DNA of 64,000 bases from contig NMRA01000158.1 of assembly GCA_002633005.1 (NCBI GenBank), positions 713,397-777,396 of the forward strand, given 5' to 3'. The notes below the pieces were generated by a model that saw only the letters and a program-made list of their open reading frames with translations, had not been told where the DNA came from and ran no database searches. This document shows, one piece after another, positions 53,410 through 64,000 of the stretch. Source of the stretch: Phoronis australis (taxonomy: Eukaryota > Animalia > Phoronida). Position numbers and translations under genes: made by a program. Position 1 is the first letter of the stretch. Each line of letters starts with the position of its first letter.

Positions 53410-53916
53410 CCATGTGTTTTTACCCATTTCTTTTGATTTCAACACTGTATCACATAATAGCTATCATTTCTGGAAAGTGGCATGACAGTAAAGCTTGCGC
53501 AAGTTGGATCTAACTTTACCGGCAGATTTTATCTGCACACTGGACAAAATATGATAGATTTCAAGGACCAAGTGAACAACGATCACGGAACTATGACCAA
53601 GTTGAATAAAGTCCTGATTGAACTTCTCGAGAACCGTTACTTTCAAACAAATAACTCGCAGCTTCACAGCTAAACCACTAAACTTCACTCATAGCCTCAA
53701 TTCACTAAAGAACAACTACAGTCCCTGTTTGCTCTATCATGATTCACATATCTCTGGGACAGATTAACAGCTTCGCTGGTAAACCACAACTTAACCCGCG
53801 ACCTAAATTCAAAAATCTACTGCTCTCCTGAGTTTCTTCCACATATTTACTCTGACAACTCCATGATAGCCTCATATACTGAGTGTATACTGCTGCACTG
53901 AAATCCACACGACTGG

Positions 53917-60620
<6,704 letters not shown>

Positions 60621-60891
60621 TTTCATCTTGTTTCATAACGAGGAGCACCAGAGACTACTTGGAAACAAGAATAAAAATAATCTGAAGTAAACAACATCAT
60701 AAACAAATTATAAGTATTTAAATATATTTTTTGCAATTTAATTATGGTTAAAATTGTCTTAAATAAAACATTTAATAGTATTAAAAATGTTTTTGTGTTC
60801 TAACTGCAGAACTATAATGGCGACTTCCATCCCCTAAGTTGTTTGTTGTTGTATGCAATCTGTTGCAGCGCTTATCTGAATAGAAACAGTC
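60621..60891. promoter_or_regulatory. Bidirectional promoter between KAT5 and POLR3F
   Basis: Only 271 bp between divergent ATGs. AT-rich core with YY1-like motifs on each side (AAAATGGCGG over the KAT5 start; TAATGGCGAC near 60816). Confidence 0.65.
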
Positions 60892-63597
60892 ATGGCTACG
60901 AATGAAATAGGTGTTAAGCAGGAACCACCAGAAAGTGTAGACCCAGTTGTACTTGAAATGAGGTAATTTATTTTGTCATGAGTGAGTTAAAGTTCGACGA
61001 AATTGAGCTGTAGGCCCTTCAACTGTTGAAGGTACGGCTTCAACTTCGTCCACACACATTGACCATTGTGATTGTCAGTGTCTTGGCAGTATGACACTGA
61101 CGGGACTGACGGTATATTATGTCTTTTTTAATTGTATGTGTGTCCGTTTTTGAACCTGCAAATTAAAAGAACAGCAGTAGCAAGTTCTCTTAACAGAAGA
61201 ATAGCCCTCTATTAACGTACACACTTGATACTGTTGTAATAAAGAAAGTCGGCTGCCTAAGCAGACACACAGGTTCGGGCCTATTAACGCGGTGCAACAG
61301 CAAAGTCCGGAGTATACTCACATTACGTCCGTACAGGATGGCAGCGAACTCCAGAAAGCCCAGACGATCTTGTCACGTGGTCTTGATGGGTGACTCGTCA
61401 CGTGATAGAAGGGTGAAGGCTCTTCTGGCGTTAGATGTCGCACCAGGCCAAGACCAACATTGTTAACAAAAGGACATCACAACATAGAGACGCCACAGCC
61501 GAGACTGACGTCGACATTTACTACAATACCATTATTTTCTGAATCTTATAGTCACGGTGATTCCAAAAATGTATTACTTGTACTGATTGGTCGCTTCTTA
61601 TCCATAATTTTTGAGTTTTTACAAGGCGTTCATTTGCAACGCGGATTTAGTGAGGCAGCCATTTTCAAAAGTGCGACACCTTTCGGAAGGATTGATAACT
61701 AACGGTTAACCTAGAGTGAAGTTGATTCTATGCAGAATGTGTTTCTGTGTTCGCTTATTTTAGCCTGCCAGTGATATCAGTTATGTTATTACCTAATTCC
61801 ACATGTTTGAAACAGTTTTTGCCTTTGAGACAACACATGTCCTCCATAGCACGAGCTGGAATCATGTCCGCAAGTTGTCAAGTGTTTTCGAGGACGACAT
61901 TTGTTTGTGAGAACATGTACTCGGGTGTTTTTTTCTTAAGAATAAGCTTTGAAGAGGCAATCCTTTATAAATGACTATTACTGTTTTTTAATCAGAGTTT
62001 TCCCAGTGTGCCTCGTGGTATCTTCAATATACTAGCCAATTTTGGGGTCTTCTGGTGAACCATCTTAAAGAAGTTGTTACATTATCATAACAAAACTTGG
62101 TTGGAAATGGGTGTGGAATTACATGTGGCCAAGTTATTCCTGTTGGTTACAGTGTTCTCACGCAACCTGTTTTGACACTTCAGTGTCGAGTTTGAATTTT
62201 ACCGTAACGAGCTTGGTTTAATTGCGTTCAGTTTGAAAACTCATGTAAGGAGTTTAAAGTACTAGGAGAATTTAGTTGTTTCTGAAGCAAATTAGGACAT
62301 TTTGGACTATGGCTACAAGCTCAGTGCATTTATTCCGAGACTTAACTAACATGCAATCTCCCCACAGTGTGGACGTGGACTTTTGAACACGTACATGGAG
62401 TTTCTAATTCCAGTCAATAATTTTCTCTAGTGGAGAACACTAGGTTATAGGATTGGATTGAAGTTAATCGTTAAGTGAAGGATGAAAGGACTTGAAAAAG
62501 GACATATTTTGTTGACAGGTAAGTTGCTGGTTGTTGTGTTTTTTGTTATATTTTTGTTCAGAAGTTATCTCCTGGAAATAACCTTCAGTTCGCAATTTCC
62601 ACAGGGTTCTACTGACCAATCTTATGCCCGTCGTATAGGTTGGTGGACCAACTGACCCCAAACGTAGTTTCAAGTGTCCGACATATTTATTTGGCCATTC
62701 AATTTCTTGTTTTTCAGAGTTATCGAACTATGCAAAGAATTTCCAAAAGGAATCTCTGACCAGGTGCTACAGAATGATATGCCTCAGTTTAACGCCAAAC
62801 AGAGGTTGATGGCCCTTAATAGACTTCTGTCTGCGGTACGCTTTCTAATCATTTAACCATCGCTTATGTGATTATGAACATATAATTGTCAACATTGACC
62901 TTGTTACAAATGGAGGAAAATGTCGTTTGTGCAATGGATTGTGGGATCATTTGAATGGCACAGAATATTCAGTCATCTGGTGTTGGGGTGGCTGGATATC
63001 TCATGTCGATCAACAGGTGTACTTCACGTTACTGTTGTGAATTCAAGATTAGATTTTTAACTTTATACAAAAACTGTCATTAATTGGGTCCTGTGGCCTA
63101 CTCTTTTTCAATGAAATTTACCAAAATAGGAATTTACATTTGTAGAAAAACACTGGTGTCAATAAATTGATCAAAGATGAAATTTCAAAAGCACTGTTAC
63201 GTATCCAGCTCTTTATTTTTTCATCAAAACAAAGTCCTACTTCAATAATCCATCATGCAAAAATGGAAGATATTAAAAACAATTCCTTACTTTGATCATA
63301 GCAATAGCGTGTTAAAATTTCATATGTATTCGATGAACAATTTTTGAGATGTGACGTTACAAAGTTAGCCACATTTGGAAATTTTTCTAAGGTCCTATGT
63401 TACTGCTTTTTGTATGATTGATTTGTGTCTTTTGCACTTGCCATGCGTCTTCTCTTTATATTTGGATATTTGTTACTCTTAAAGAGACTTACATAATTTG
63501 GAATACTGAAATTGTTATTTGTGTTTTAGGGACAAATTGAATTGCTCAAAAATGGAAACCAGTTGCTATATAGACTCAAAGATCCCGAGGCATCCAG
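60892..63597 (+). CDS. POLR3F: RNA polymerase III subunit RPC6/RPC34 (5' part; continues beyond right edge)
   Basis: Exons 60892-60962, 62718-62835, 63530-63597 give MATNEIGVKQEPPESVDPVVLEMRVIELCKEFPKGISDQVLQNDMPQFNAKQRLMALNRLLSAGQIELLKNGNQLLYRLKDPEAS, matching the RPC6 N-terminal winged helix. Confidence 0.92.
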
Positions 63598-63674
63598 GTA
63601 ATGGAGTGGTAGTAAACACTACATACTGAGTTGGGGAAATTTCTGACAAGCAAATGCAGCGTGTTTATTGTAAT

Positions 63675-64000
63675 TTTTATGCGCCCACATATTTATATGT
63701 GGACGCATTATGCCGTCATCTCTGTCCGTCCGTCCAGGCGGCGTCCGTCCGGCGTCTGGCGTCCGGCGTCCGCTGCTCTATCTCCAAAACCCTTTGACAT
63801 ACGTTCATGAAATTTGGCACATATGTTCCATTCATGAATGGGACGGCATGTGCGAACTTTCGGACGGATCCGACTACCGGTGTGCCCCCTAGTGGCAATT
63901 TTAGTTTTTTACGCTTACCTTTGTATCTTCAAAAGTCCTGAACGGATTTTCATGAAATTTGGTATGTAGGCACCTAGTAGTGAGATGACGCTATCCTGCC
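63675..64000 (+). mobile_element. Helentron-associated non-autonomous element (HINE/DINE-1-like)
   Basis: T-run start, sub-terminal hairpin gcgcccacatat..atatgtggacgc, (GTCC)n microsatellite, then repeated core 'ttcatgaaatttgg'. Confidence 0.7.

Overview
Eukaryotic, intron-rich, AT-rich animal genomic DNA. It is an invertebrate and probably a lophotrochozoan judging from repeat types, but the species cannot be determined. Four spliced genes were reconstructed by hand from GT-AG sites and reading-frame phase. (1) A ZO-1/TJP-family MAGUK on the minus strand (start codon 40044, runs off the left edge inside PDZ3). It is preceded in frame by a CARD exon and an ERD-type coiled-coil exon, giving a CARMA/DLG5-like N-terminus, and has at least three phase-compatible alternative first coding exons that would drop the CARD. 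(2) LEO1 (PAF1 complex), + strand, 40523..53324, head-to-head with the ZO-1 gene. (3) KAT5/Tip60, - strand, 60620..53917, tail-to-tail with LEO1. (4) The 5' part of POLR3F/RPC6, + strand from 60892, head-to-head with KAT5. Introns hold Penelope remnants with variant minimal hammerhead motifs, a TIR element with a decayed THAP domain, a LINE tail, a tRNA-derived SINE, several MITEs, Helentron-type HINEs and micro/minisatellites. Three near-identical duplications sit at single-N gaps and look like uncollapsed haplotypes. The most notable observation is the CARD-coiled-coil-ZO-1 fusion with swappable N-termini. All gene models are unvalidated by expression data.
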